Positions 29,143-39,236 of a stretch of DNA of 64,000 nucleotides are shown piece after piece; the stretch's first letter is position 1; every line of letters starts with the position of its first letter. The DNA lies in the NCBI GenBank assembly GCA_003135555.1, contig PLCF01000085.1, forward strand, positions 160,164 to 224,163. Reading direction: 5' to 3'. The notes beneath the pieces were generated by a model. The model had not been told where the DNA came from. It searched no databases and saw nothing but the letters and a program-made list of their open reading frames with translations. A program made the position numbers and the translations under genes. Source of the DNA: Vulcanimicrobiota bacterium. GTDB taxonomy: Bacteria; Vulcanimicrobiota; Vulcanimicrobiia; Vulcanimicrobiales; Vulcanimicrobiaceae.

Positions 29143-29293
29143 CCTGTGCCCTCCGAAACTCGTCCGCCGACTTCTGCCGAGCGCAGCGTCTTGAGCGGGG
29201 AGCAGTTCGTTCTAGCCCCTATGTGCTACGGCCTATAGTCCGACCGTTCGGACCGGGAGAGTTTTCGTGGCCGCACGAACACCGCGGCCGGTC

Positions 29294-30307
29294 ATGGCAC
29301 ATCGACGCTGGCTGGTCACGGGCGGGCTCGGCTTCATCGGCTCGTCCTTCGTTCGGCTCGTGTTGGCCGAGCGCGCCGACCTCGCGATCACGGTGCTGGA
29401 CGCGCTGACCTATGCCGGCAACCCCGCCAACCTCGCCGAAGTAGCCGCCGACCCGCGCTACCGCTTCGTAAAAGGCGATATCGCCGACGCCAAGGCGGTC
29501 GACGCGGCGGTCGGCGACGGCGTGGATGCCGTGGTGAACTTCGCCGCGGAGAGCCACGTCGACCGTTCGATCCTCGACCCCGAGGCGTTCATCCGTACCG
29601 ACGTGATGGGGACGCACGTGCTGCTCGAAGCGGTCCGGCGGCACGCGATCGCCCGCTTTCTCCAGGTTTCGACTGACGAGGTCTACGGCGACGTCGAGCA
29701 GGGCGCGTCGGTCGAGGACGATCCGATCCGCCCGCGCAGTCCGTACGCCGCCTCGAAGGCCGGCGGCGACCTCCAAGTGCTGGCGTATTTCGCGACCTTC
29801 GGGACGCCGGTCCTCATCACGCGCGGCTCGAACACCTACGGCCCGTACCAGTATCCCGAAAAGCTGGTCCCGCTCTTCGTGACCAACCTCCTCGAAGGCG
29901 AGACGGTCCCGGTCTACGGTGACGGGGGCCAGATTCGGGACTGGCTCTACGTCGACGATCACGCCCGCGGGATCGCTCACGTGCTCGAGCACGGCACCCC
30001 GGGCGAGGTCTACAACCTGGGCGGCGGCAACAGCCGCACCAACCGCGAGATCACGCACGAGCTGCTGCGCCTGACCGGGCGCACCTGGGACGAAAGCGTC
30101 CGCCACGTCACCGACCGCCCGGGGCACGACCGGCGCTACGCGCTGGACTCAGCCAAGGCGCGGACGCTGGGCTGGACGCCGCGGGTGGACTTCGCCGCCG
30201 GCCTAGCCGACACGGTCGCTTGGTACCGCGCCCGCGAGGACTGGTGGCGCCCGATCAAATCCGGCGAGTTCCGCGACTACTACCGCCGCCAATACGCCCT
30301 CCGCTAG
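29294..30307 (+). CDS. rmlB: dTDP-glucose 4,6-dehydratase
   Basis: DALTYAGN, AAESHVDRSI, STDEVYG, PYAASKA, YPEKL, DRPGHDRRY. Confidence 0.95.
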   Translation: MAHRRWLVTGGLGFIGSSFVRLVLAERADLAITVLDALTYAGNPANLAEVAADPRYRFVKGDIADAKAVDAAVGDGVDAVVNFAAESHVDRSILDPEAFIRTDVMGTHVLLEAVRRHAIARFLQVSTDEVYGDVEQGASVEDDPIRPRSPYAASKAGGDLQVLAYFATFGTPVLITRGSNTYGPYQYPEKLVPLFVTNLLEGETVPVYGDGGQIRDWLYVDDHARGIAHVLEHGTPGEVYNLGGGNSRTNREITHELLRLTGRTWDESVRHVTDRPGHDRRYALDSAKARTLGWTPRVDFAAGLADTVAWYRAREDWWRPIKSGEFRDYYRRQYALR

Positions 30308-30408
30308 CGAAGAATAGCCGCGCCGATGTACAAAGCAGCATGGTGATGGACCGAGCGCAGCAGCATCTTCCGCGTACCGTCAGGTCGTTGCGAGGTCGAA
30401 CCTGGGGG

Positions 30409-30428
30409 CCCCACGCAAAGCGTGGGGG
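30409..30428. repeat. GC hairpin (REP-like) between rmlB and rmlA
   Basis: ccccacgc-aaa-gcgtgggg perfect 8-bp stem; no U-tract. Confidence 0.55.
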
Positions 30429-30459
30429 GCGCGCAGCGAGAGCGGAGCGCCGTTAGACC

Positions 30460-31197
30460 GTGAAGGGCATCATACTCGCAGGGGGGCTCGGCACCAGGCT
30501 CCGTCCCTTGACGAAGGTCACCAACAAGCATCTGCTGCCGATCTACGACCGGCCGATGATCTACTATCCGCTGCAGACGCTGTGCGACGCCGGGATCAGC
30601 GAGATCATGATCGTCACCGGCGGCAACAGTGCCGGCGACTTCCTCAAGCTGCTCGGCAACGGGCGCGAGTTCGGGCTGCCGCACATCGCGTACACCTATC
30701 AAGAGGGCGAAGGCGGGATAGCCGACGCGCTGCGGCTGTGCGAGCATTTCGCCGCCGGCGATCCGGTGGTGGTGATTCTGGGCGACAACATCATCCAGAA
30801 CAGCATCGCCCCGTTCGTGCGGCGGTTCGAGAAGCAGGGCTCGGGTTGCCGCTTGCTGCTCAAGGAGGTCGAGGACCCGCAGCGCTTCGGCGTCGCCGAG
30901 CTCGACGGCGAACGGATCGTCGCGATCGAGGAGAAGCCCAAGGTTCCCAAGAGCAACTTCGCGGTCACCGGGATCTACATGTACGACAACCGCGTGTTCG
31001 ACCACGCGCGCGACCTCAAGCCGTCCGCACGCGGCGAGCTGGAGATCACCGACGTCAACAACGCCTACATCCAGGCCGGCGACTGCTGCTACGACGTGCT
31101 CGACGGCTGGTGGACCGACGCCGGCCAATTCGAGTCGCTGTACCGGGCGACGCAGCTCGTCGCCGAGGAGCGCGTGAAGAAGCTCGCGCCGGCGTGA
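30460..31197 (+). CDS. rmlA: Glucose-1-phosphate thymidylyltransferase (short SpsI-type)
   Basis: GIILAGGLGTRLRPLT, NKHLLPIYDRPM, LGDN, EEKP, SARGELEITD. Confidence 0.93.
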   Translation: MKGIILAGGLGTRLRPLTKVTNKHLLPIYDRPMIYYPLQTLCDAGISEIMIVTGGNSAGDFLKLLGNGREFGLPHIAYTYQEGEGGIADALRLCEHFAAGDPVVVILGDNIIQNSIAPFVRRFEKQGSGCRLLLKEVEDPQRFGVAELDGERIVAIEEKPKVPKSNFAVTGIYMYDNRVFDHARDLKPSARGELEITDVNNAYIQAGDCCYDVLDGWWTDAGQFESLYRATQLVAEERVKKLAPA

Positions 31198-32081
31198 GCG
31201 CCGGCCGCATCGCGATCGTCGGCGCGTCGGGCCAGCTCGGGTCCGCGCTCGTCGCCGCGTTCGCCGGACGCGACCTCGTCACGCCGCGCCACGCCGAGGT
31301 TCCGTTCGACGATTCGAGCGCGGTGTGTAAGCTGCTCGACAAGGCGCATCCCGAAGTCTTGATCAACTGCTCGGCGTTCCACAACGTCGACACCTGCGAG
31401 CGCGAGCCCGAGCGTGCGTTCGCGGTCAACGCGCTGGCCGTCGACGGCGCTGCCGAGGCCTGCGCCGCGCGCGGGATCGCCTTCGCCACCATCAGCACCG
31501 ACTACGTTTTCGAGGGTACGTCGAGCCGCCCGTATCGTGAGGACGATGCCGTCGCTCCGCGCACCGCCTACGGTGCCTCCAAGGCCGCCGGAGAGTTTCT
31601 GACCCGCCGTCACGGCCCGCGGCATTGGATCGTGCGCACCAGCGGCGTCTTCGGGACGATCGGTACCTCGAACAAGGGCTACACGCTCATCGAGAAGGTG
31701 TTGCGCCAAGCCGAGCGCGGCGAGCCGACGCGGATGGTCTCGGACATGATCTTTTCGCCCTCGTACGCGCCGCACGTCGCCCGCGCCATCCGCGATCTCA
31801 TCGATGCCGCAGCGTTCGGAACGCACCACGTCGTCAACGTCGGGGCGTGCAGCTGGTACGAGTTCGTGCGGACCGCGTTCGTCAAGGCCGGGTTGCCCGA
31901 CGCGCCGCTCGAGCCGACCACCTACGCCTCGATGGGAAATCCGACGCTGCGGCCGATGTCCTCGGCGCTGGAGAACACGACCTTCGCGCGGGCCGAGATC
32001 GCGCCGCTGCCCGCGTGGGAGTCCGCGCTCGACGAGTTCCTCGCCGCGCGCGCCGCTCGACTCGCCGCGGCGCGCGCTTAG
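31194..32081 (+). CDS. rmlD: dTDP-4-dehydrorhamnose reductase
   Basis: GASGQLG, VDTCE, ISTDYVFEG, YGASK. Confidence 0.92.
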   Translation: MSAGRIAIVGASGQLGSALVAAFAGRDLVTPRHAEVPFDDSSAVCKLLDKAHPEVLINCSAFHNVDTCEREPERAFAVNALAVDGAAEACAARGIAFATISTDYVFEGTSSRPYREDDAVAPRTAYGASKAAGEFLTRRHGPRHWIVRTSGVFGTIGTSNKGYTLIEKVLRQAERGEPTRMVSDMIFSPSYAPHVARAIRDLIDAAAFGTHHVVNVGACSWYEFVRTAFVKAGLPDAPLEPTTYASMGNPTLRPMSSALENTTFARAEIAPLPAWESALDEFLAARAARLAAARA

Positions 32082-32914
32082 AGCTCGTCGACCGCGCGAG
32101 CGACCTGCTCGACGCTGATGAATGCGGCCGCCTCGTTGAGGTGGAACATGTCGTGCGCGAACTCGTCGCGCAGTCCGCCGCCGCGCTCGGTCGCGTCCCA
32201 CGTGTCGATAAAGACGTTCCCGGTCTGAGCGCAGACCTCGGCCAGCAGCCCGTTGAGTATCCGGATGCTGCCGCTGCGGACGTGCAGCGATGCCTGCACG
32301 GAGAAATGCGCCGCGATCGTATCACCCTCGAGCGGCGGCGGCATGATCGACTGCACGAACACGCGCTCGAGCCCCCATGACTTGAGCGTCGCCAGGCCGC
32401 GGGTGAAGGCGACCAGGCTGCGCCGTGCGAGCGCGGCGAACTCGTCGAGCGCCGGCTGCGGATCCGCGGCGCTGAGCCGATCCGGACCGATTTCGAGCCA
32501 GAACTGCGGTACGTCGAGCGCCCCGCACAGCAGGACGACGATCGGCGCGGTGCGCGGCCGGCCTTCGATCGTCGCGACGACGCGCCAGTGCAGGTCGGGC
32601 GATAGGTTGTAGGCGCTCAGCGTTCCGTCTGCGCCCTCCACGACGATGTTTTCGCTCAGCAGCGCTCGCATGACCGCCGGGTTGAGCGCGCCGTCCGCGC
32701 CGCTGAAGTCGGCGATGCGCAGCCCGGGACAGTACGCGGTGCGCGCGACGTAGTGCCGGGTTCGCCGTCCTTCGTACCGGTAGACCCGATCGCGGAAGAT
32801 CAGCGCCGAGCTGTCGCCGATGAAGTAGATCGGCGTCGCGCGCGCGACGGTCGTGAGCGCGGCGTCGCGGTCCGGCCATGCGTGCTCGTCGGGCCGGTGG
32901 TCTTGGGCGCTCAT
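32078..32914 (-). CDS. SGNH-fold hypothetical protein
   Basis: FIGDS near the N-terminus and DMFH near the C-terminus; similar to 60257-61075. Confidence 0.6.
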   Translation of the reverse strand: MSAQDHRPDEHAWPDRDAALTTVARATPIYFIGDSSALIFRDRVYRYEGRRTRHYVARTAYCPGLRIADFSGADGALNPAVMRALLSENIVVEGADGTLSAYNLSPDLHWRVVATIEGRPRTAPIVVLLCGALDVPQFWLEIGPDRLSAADPQPALDEFAALARRSLVAFTRGLATLKSWGLERVFVQSIMPPPLEGDTIAAHFSVQASLHVRSGSIRILNGLLAEVCAQTGNVFIDTWDATERGGGLRDEFAHDMFHLNEAAAFISVEQVARAVDEL

Positions 32915-33001
32915 ACACGACGAGTGACGGCACGCGGCGCTCGATTCCTGCGGATACAGGTCACGGCGGAACCCGCGGCCGGCACGCGGAACAACGCCGC
33001 G

Positions 33002-34033
33002 ATGAACGTGCTGGTCACCGGCGGCGGGGGATACATCGGCCTCGAGTTGTCCCGTCAGCTCCTCGAACGCGGCGACACGGTGCGCGTCGTCGATCGCTTT
33101 TTCTTCGGAGACGCACCCTTGGCGCGGCTGGCCGAACAGAGCGGCACAGCGTTGACGTACGTTGCCGGCGACGTGCGCGAGCTCGATCCAGGCTGGCTCG
33201 AGGGCGTCGACGCCGTGTCCCACCTCGCCGGCCTGTCGAACGATCCGACCGCCGAGTACAACCCCGACGCCAACTGGCAAATGAATGCCATCGCGACGGA
33301 GCGCCTGGCCGAGGCGTGCAAGGCGCGCGGGATCGCGCGCTTCGTCTTCGGCTCGTCCGCGTCGCTCTACGACGGTATCGGTCCGGGGATGTTCGACGAG
33401 CGGACGGCAGTGCAGCCGCGCGGAGCCTACTCGTTGTCCAAGAAATACGCCGAGGACGCGCTGCTGCGCTTGGGCGACGCGCGTTTCGCGCCGGTGGTGC
33501 TGCGGCAAGGCACCGTGTACGGCTGGTCGCCGCGGATGCGCTTCGACCTCGTCGTCAACACGTTCCTCAAGGATGCGGCGACGGTCGGGAAGCTGTACCT
33601 CCACGGCGGCGGGTGGCAGTGGCGCCCGCTGGTGGACGTCGGTGACGTCGCCCGCGCGCACATCGCGTGCTTACATGCGTCCGCCGACCTCGTGGGCGGC
33701 GAGATCTTCAACGTGATGCAGGAGAACTACCAGGTGCGCCAGCTGGCGATGCTGGTCGCCGGATCGCTGTCGCTGCGCGGCCGGGTGGTGACGCTCGAGG
33801 AAGCGCCGCTGCCCAAGCTCGTGCGCGACTACCGGATGTCGAACCTCAAGCTGACGCAGCGACTTGGTTTCACGCCCGCGGTAACGGTCCTCGAGTCGAT
33901 CGACCTGATGCTGCAAAGCCTTCCGCTCGACGACGTCGCCTGGCTCGCGAACCCGCGCTGGTACAACATCGCCTGGATGAGCTTGCTCGAAGAAGTTCAC
34001 GCCTCGCAGCGCCCCTTCGCGTCGATTTACTGA
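33002..34033 (+). CDS. NAD-dependent nucleotide-sugar epimerase/dehydratase
   Basis: GGGGYIG, LAGLSNDP, YSLSK, SPRMRFDLVVN, WRP. Confidence 0.88.
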   Translation: MNVLVTGGGGYIGLELSRQLLERGDTVRVVDRFFFGDAPLARLAEQSGTALTYVAGDVRELDPGWLEGVDAVSHLAGLSNDPTAEYNPDANWQMNAIATERLAEACKARGIARFVFGSSASLYDGIGPGMFDERTAVQPRGAYSLSKKYAEDALLRLGDARFAPVVLRQGTVYGWSPRMRFDLVVNTFLKDAATVGKLYLHGGGWQWRPLVDVGDVARAHIACLHASADLVGGEIFNVMQENYQVRQLAMLVAGSLSLRGRVVTLEEAPLPKLVRDYRMSNLKLTQRLGFTPAVTVLESIDLMLQSLPLDDVAWLANPRWYNIAWMSLLEEVHASQRPFASIY

Positions 34034-34106
34034 GCGCTCGGCAGCCGGCATGGGTTCACTAGGTGGCGCGGGGCGAAAGGATAGGGTTCCGTCACACCTT
34101 GCGGTC

Positions 34107-34826
34107 ATGACCGAAAGCCGATCACCGATCGGCGCGTCGCTGGCGCGGCAGGTCTTGCTGACGGTTACACCCTGGCTGGCCGGGCGCCCGTTCGATCAGC
34201 TCGCCGTTCTCGACATTGGATGCGGCTTCGGGGCCACGGCGATCGCGCTGTCGCAATCGTGCCGACACGTCGTCGGGTTGGAGCCCATGGCCGGAATGGC
34301 CGAGGCGGCTCGCAACGCGGCCACGAGCTGCGCAAACGTCGACATCGTTCATGCCGACATCCTGAACTGGAACAGCGACGCGCGTTTCGATCTTGTGGTG
34401 CTCGACAACGTCTACGAACACGTCCACGATCATCAGATGCTACTGACACAAGTCGTGAGGTTCTTGAAACCCAGCGGAGTGTTCTATATCGTCGTCCCGA
34501 ACAAGCTATGGCCGATCGAAGTGCACTACGGGCTTCCGTTCCTGAGCTACCTGCCGCTACGCTTCGCAAACCTCTACCTGAGGGCCGCCCACCGCGGCGA
34601 GGACTACACCTGGGCCAGCTTCGCACCGACTTATTGGTCGATCCATCGCGATTTGCGCGCCTTTCCGCAATTGGAATACGCATTTACTCTTCCCGCCGAC
34701 CTTTCGCTGACGGAGAGCGGCGCGTCGCCGATCTATCGCTTCGGCGCGTGGCTGATCGCCAAGAACGCGAAGTTCTGGGCGCTCTCCAAAGCATTCGTGG
34801 TCATCGGTAGGCGGCGGGAACTGTAA
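34107..34826 (+). CDS. Class I SAM-dependent methyltransferase
   Basis: VLDIGCGFG, VYEHV, PNKLWPIEVHY. Confidence 0.85.
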   Translation: MTESRSPIGASLARQVLLTVTPWLAGRPFDQLAVLDIGCGFGATAIALSQSCRHVVGLEPMAGMAEAARNAATSCANVDIVHADILNWNSDARFDLVVLDNVYEHVHDHQMLLTQVVRFLKPSGVFYIVVPNKLWPIEVHYGLPFLSYLPLRFANLYLRAAHRGEDYTWASFAPTYWSIHRDLRAFPQLEYAFTLPADLSLTESGASPIYRFGAWLIAKNAKFWALSKAFVVIGRRREL

Positions 34827-34827
34827 C

Positions 34828-35643
34828 GTGGATTTGCAGCGCTCCCCGCTACTGACCGTGCTGATGCGCGTCTACAATGCCGAAGACCACGTCCACGAAG
34901 CCATCCGATCGGTACTCTTGCAAGGGTTCGTTGACTTCGAACTGCTGATCGTGGAGGGCGCGTCCTCTGACAGGTCGGGCGAGATCGTACGCTCCTTCAG
35001 CGATTACCGAATCCGCATCGTGCCGCAGACCGGGCTAGGGAAGAACGACGCATTGGCGTGCGGGCTCGCCGCCGCACGAGGGCTGTATCTGGCGATCCAA
35101 GACGCCGACGACCTCAGCCTGCCCAACAGATTCGCGCGTCAGGTGTCTGCCCTTAACGGCGATGCCGATATGGTCATCGTCGGAAGCTGGGTATCCATCA
35201 TCGAAAAGCGCGGGGCCGAAATCGGCGTGCGCACATACCCACTCGACGACGCAGCGATCCGCCGCGCTATGGCGTTGTACAATCCGTTCGCGCACTCGGC
35301 AGTGATGTTCCGACTGGCTCCTGCTCGCGCTTGCGGCGGCTACACCGACACGCAGGTCCTCGAGGACTACGACTTCTATCCGCGCCTGCTCGCATACGGA
35401 ACGTGCGCGAACCTACCCGAGGTGCTGACGGCATACCGGTTGCACACCTACGCGACGGCACAGCACGTAAAGTTCATCCTCAAGGCGACGCTCGATACCA
35501 AGTGGAAGATGCACACCGTTTACGGCTATCGCTGGACCTTTCGAAGCGTTGCGGTATTCTGCTCGCAGTGGCTCATGCAGCTGCTGCCATCCCGTGTCGT
35601 CAACGTGCTCTTCCGCATCATTTTCATCAAACGCCGAAGGTAA
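34828..35643 (+). CDS. GT2 glycosyltransferase
   Basis: VLMRVYNAE, QDADD, HSAVMFR, EDYD. Confidence 0.88.
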   Translation: MDLQRSPLLTVLMRVYNAEDHVHEAIRSVLLQGFVDFELLIVEGASSDRSGEIVRSFSDYRIRIVPQTGLGKNDALACGLAAARGLYLAIQDADDLSLPNRFARQVSALNGDADMVIVGSWVSIIEKRGAEIGVRTYPLDDAAIRRAMALYNPFAHSAVMFRLAPARACGGYTDTQVLEDYDFYPRLLAYGTCANLPEVLTAYRLHTYATAQHVKFILKATLDTKWKMHTVYGYRWTFRSVAVFCSQWLMQLLPSRVVNVLFRIIFIKRRR

Positions 35644-35695
35644 GATCGAAGCGGGCTCGCGGGGAAACGTGCGACTCCCTGCGAATGCGCTGAAC

Positions 35696-36634
35696 GTGCG
35701 TTGCGTCGTAACGGGATGCGCTGGGTTCGTCGGAAGCACGCTAACCGACCGCCTCTTGCGCGATGGGCATTCAGTGGTCGGAATCGATAATATGTCGACT
35801 GGGCGCGAATCGTTTCTGATTTCCGCCCTGTCGTTGCCGGAGTTCACGTTTCGGCGTGCCGATGTCGTCGATCGCGCGTCGATCGAGCCGCTCTTTGTGG
35901 GCGCGGAGATCGTCTTCCATCTCGCTGCCAACGCCGACGTGCGCTTCGGTACGGACCATCCCACGAGGGACTTCGAGCAAAACGCGGTCGCGACGTTGAA
36001 CGTTCTCGAAGCCATGCGAGCCAACGGCGTCCCCAAGATCGCGTTCGCCTCGACGGGCTCGGTCTACGGTGAAGCCAGCCAGATCCCGACTCCCGAAAAT
36101 GCTCTGATGCCGATCCAGACCTCGCTGTACGGGGCGTCGAAAGTCGCGGCGGAGGCTTTCATCGAGGCGTACTGTGAAGGATTCGGGATGCAAGCCTGGA
36201 TCTTTCGATTCGTTTCGCTGCTTGGGGAGCGCTACACGCATGGCCACGTCGTCGACTTCGTGCGGCAGCTCCGCGAGCATCCCGAACGTCTCCATGTTCT
36301 CGGCGACGGATTGCAACGAAAATCATACCTGTATGTCGGCGACTGCATCGACGCGATCGTAGTCGCTCTCGAGCGCGCAACAGCAAAGGTGAACGTGCTG
36401 AACTTAGGCGCGGATCAGTACTGCACCGTTAACGACTCGATCGGCTGGATCTGCGAGCGCATGGGTGTCGACCCGGCCCGCACGTATTCGGGCGGCAAAC
36501 GCGGGTGGATCGGCGACAATCCGTTCATCTTTCTCGATTGCGCGTCGATGCGCGCGCTAGGTTGGCGGCCAACGCGGTCGATTCAGGCAGCGGTGCATGG
36601 CACGGTCGACTACCTACTTGCGAACGAGCAATGA
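35696..36634 (+). CDS. NDP-sugar 4-epimerase-like SDR (candidate LmbM-like)
   Basis: GCAGFVG, HLAANADVR, STGSVYG, YGASK, QRKSY. Confidence 0.85.
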   Translation: MRCVVTGCAGFVGSTLTDRLLRDGHSVVGIDNMSTGRESFLISALSLPEFTFRRADVVDRASIEPLFVGAEIVFHLAANADVRFGTDHPTRDFEQNAVATLNVLEAMRANGVPKIAFASTGSVYGEASQIPTPENALMPIQTSLYGASKVAAEAFIEAYCEGFGMQAWIFRFVSLLGERYTHGHVVDFVRQLREHPERLHVLGDGLQRKSYLYVGDCIDAIVVALERATAKVNVLNLGADQYCTVNDSIGWICERMGVDPARTYSGGKRGWIGDNPFIFLDCASMRALGWRPTRSIQAAVHGTVDYLLANEQ

Positions 36635-36644
36635 GGGGGTGGCT

Positions 36645-37388
36645 TCACAGCGAGAAGCCGGCCGCTTTCGCATCGTCGTGGAACATCCGCACGGTTTCGA
36701 GTGAATAGGCATCCAAGTCTTTGCCGACGTTGGAAAGCTTCTTGAGGATGTCGTTCGTCGCCGTGATGATGTGGCACCCCACGGTGTCGGCCTGAAACAC
36801 GTTGAGAAGCTCTCTGGGGCTGGCCCAGATCAACTCAGCTTTCGGGCGGCTTGCCATCGCGGCGAGCGACCGCCGCACGTACGGAACCGGATCGCGCCCG
36901 GTGTCCGCGATGCGGCCGGCAAAGAGCGAGACGTACGCCGGCACGTCGGCTGCGAGTGCGGCAGTCACCTCGGAAACCTGCTCGACCGTCATGAGAGCCG
37001 TGACGTTCAACTTGATTCCAGCGGCCGAAAGGCGGCGCACGATCGGCGTCGCAGACGCACCTTTCGTATTCGTTACCGGGACCTTCACGTAGACGTTCTC
37101 ACCCCATGACGCGATACGCGCGGCCTGGTGCTCCATCTCGTCGAAGTCGTCGGAGAACACCTCGAACGAAATCGGGCGGTCGGCGATCTTCTCGAGCACG
37201 CCGCGCGCGAAGGTTTCGTAGTCGGCGATCCCGGCTTTGCGCATGAGCGTGGGGTTCGTAGTGAACCCGGCAATGTAGGGCAGGGCGGCCATATCCAGCA
37301 TGCCGGCCAGGTCCGCACCGTCGGCGAATAACTTTACCGACAGGGCCGCCACTGACGGCGCTGCAGTCAACTCATCGGGTGCTATCAT
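36645..37388 (-). CDS. Short-type transaldolase (candidate LmbR-like)
   Basis: LFADGAD, GFTTNPTL, Schiff-base YVKVP, NVTA, FAGRIADTG. Confidence 0.9.
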   Translation of the reverse strand: MIAPDELTAAPSVAALSVKLFADGADLAGMLDMAALPYIAGFTTNPTLMRKAGIADYETFARGVLEKIADRPISFEVFSDDFDEMEHQAARIASWGENVYVKVPVTNTKGASATPIVRRLSAAGIKLNVTALMTVEQVSEVTAALAADVPAYVSLFAGRIADTGRDPVPYVRRSLAAMASRPKAELIWASPRELLNVFQADTVGCHIITATNDILKKLSNVGKDLDAYSLETVRMFHDDAKAAGFSL

Positions 37389-37932
37389 CGCAGATCCATC
37401 TCCAAGCCTCAGTGAGCGAGGCGACGCCAGCGTCGTGGCCGACCGGGCTGCATTCGGCGTAGGAGCGTTCGATCCACACGGTCCGGCACCTCGCGCGCCG
37501 ACCGGCTTCGATGTCGCTCCACCGGTCGCCGACCATGTACGACGCGTCGAGGTCGAGACCCAATTCGCGCGCCGCCCTGAGCAGCATGCCCGGCTTCGGT
37601 TTGCGGCACGCGCAGCCGTCTTGGTTGTCGTGAACGCACGTGTAGACGGCGTCAACGCCCACCGCGGCGCGGAGGCGTTCGTTGATCGCGTCGACGGCCG
37701 CGGCGGTCGTCGTGCCGCGGGCTACGTCCGGCTGATTCGTGACGACGACGACCATAAACCCGCGGGCGCGCAAATCGGCGACGACGCGTGCCGCATCGGA
37801 ATCGATCGCGAGCTCCTCGGGCACGGTGGGCGGGTACGGTTTGCCGTCGCGCACGACCGCGGCGTTCAGTACGCCGTCGCGATCGAAGAAGACCGCCGGC
37901 TTCAGCGCGGCGTCGTCGCGACCGACTCCCAT
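37372..37932 (-). CDS. gmhB: HAD-IIIA sugar bisphosphate phosphatase (GmhB/LmbK family)
   Basis: DRDGVLN, VTNQP, CVH...CACRKPKPG, VGDRWSD. Confidence 0.88.
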   Translation of the reverse strand: MGVGRDDAALKPAVFFDRDGVLNAAVVRDGKPYPPTVPEELAIDSDAARVVADLRARGFMVVVVTNQPDVARGTTTAAAVDAINERLRAAVGVDAVYTCVHDNQDGCACRKPKPGMLLRAARELGLDLDASYMVGDRWSDIEAGRRARCRTVWIERSYAECSPVGHDAGVASLTEAWRWICDDSTR

Positions 37933-38537
37933 TTCGTCGCGGCGGCCTTTAACAAGGGGTGCGTGACCAGCAGGTGCCAGACGACCGCTTGAAAAGCCTC
38001 AGCATGGGGCGTGACGTGCTCACCATTGATGGTTGGAATGAGAACGCAGACATCCGCAACGGTCGCCGTGTAGCCGCCGTCACGGCCGACGATCCCCACG
38101 ATCGTTGAGCCGACTTCGTGTGCGTATTCGAGTGCGCGGACGAGGTTTGGGCTGACGTTACGCTCCAGGTCGCCGCCCCCGACCGAAAAAATGAGAATCG
38201 CATCGTCGGGCCGCAGGCGGCTCACGCGCAGCCACTCCACGAAGACGGTGGCCCAGCCCTCGTCATTCGTGCGCGCCGTCAGTTCGGAGACGTTGTCGGT
38301 CGGAGCGTATGCCTCGAACCCAGCCAACTTGCGAAAATCATTCACGGCGTGCGATGCGTTACCGGCGCTCCCGCCGACACCGAGAATAAACAGGCGTCCG
38401 CCGCGCTCGCGAGCTGCGGCCAGCTTTACCGCCAGTGACTCGATCGCCGCCGCATCCAGCCCATCGATTACCTGGCGCGACTCGCGCAAGAACGACTCGC
38501 TGAAGCTCGTTGGTCGGGCGGAAGGGGCGGTAGTCAC
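37902..38537 (-). CDS. gmhA: SIS-domain phosphosugar isomerase (GmhA/LmbN family, divergent)
   Basis: GRLFILGVGGSAGNASH, TARTNDEG, SVGGG, SPNLVRA. Confidence 0.8.
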   Translation of the reverse strand: MTTAPSARPTSFSESFLRESRQVIDGLDAAAIESLAVKLAAARERGGRLFILGVGGSAGNASHAVNDFRKLAGFEAYAPTDNVSELTARTNDEGWATVFVEWLRVSRLRPDDAILIFSVGGGDLERNVSPNLVRALEYAHEVGSTIVGIVGRDGGYTATVADVCVLIPTINGEHVTPHAEAFQAVVWHLLVTHPLLKAAATKWESVATTPR

Positions 38538-39235
38538 TTGTCGATCCTCATACGGCGTGCTGTTTCTTCAAGGCCTGTTGGCGAACCGATCTCAAAGGGC
38601 CGCGAGTCGACGACGTATGCCGTAAGCTCGTTATCGGCGATAAGACGCTGGTTCACGACCGTGAGATCGGCCGGCTGGCCCGGTGCCAGGGTCGCGAATG
38701 CATCGGCACTGAACGCGCTAAGGCCGGAGTCGACGTACTCGGCATCGGGCCAACGGACCTGCTTGTCATAGCGCGTCACCAGTCCGCCCGAGACCGACGC
38801 GTTTGGCGCGTCGGTTCCCGAACCTCGATAACGATAGACCGCCATGAGTCCGGCCCGCCCGGACGACTCGAAGGCGCGCACCACGTCCGAGTAGTCGACG
38901 GCATGGTACACATCTCCAAACGTTACGAGGAAGCGGTCGCCCAACAGCGGCAAGGCAGCGCGAACAGCGCCCGCCGTGCCGAGCGGCACCTCGCCATCTG
39001 AGATGTACCTGACGTGGACTCCGAACGCGGCGCCGTCGCCGGCATACTCTGCGATCATCTCACCAAGATAGCCGGTGAGCAGCACCACATCGCAGACGCC
39101 GCGCCGCCTGAGCGAGCGCAGCAGAGGGCCCAGAAACGGTTCGCCGTTGACGTCGATCAACGGCTTGGGGACCCGCAGCGTGTGCGGGCGCATGCGGATC
39201 CCAAGTCCTCCGCACAAGATTGCAATCGGAAGCAC
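38534..39235 (-). CDS. Sugar-1-phosphate nucleotidyltransferase (HddC/LmbO family)
   Basis: ILCGGLGIRMR, PKPL, LGTAGA, FGD, EIGSP. Confidence 0.85.
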   Translation of the reverse strand: MLPIAILCGGLGIRMRPHTLRVPKPLIDVNGEPFLGPLLRSLRRRGVCDVVLLTGYLGEMIAEYAGDGAAFGVHVRYISDGEVPLGTAGAVRAALPLLGDRFLVTFGDVYHAVDYSDVVRAFESSGRAGLMAVYRYRGSGTDAPNASVSGGLVTRYDKQVRWPDAEYVDSGLSAFSADAFATLAPGQPADLTVVNQRLIADNELTAYVVDSRPFEIGSPTGLEETARRMRIDK

Positions 39236-39236
39236 G

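Noticed and set aside
30409-30428. Intrinsic terminator between rmlB and rmlA
   Set aside because: No U-tract on either strand; kept only as a REP-like hairpin.
29294-32081. Incomplete rhamnose pathway (rmlC missing from rmlBAD)
   Set aside because: An RmlC-family gene exists at 54950-55498 and others may lie outside the window; split rml loci are common.
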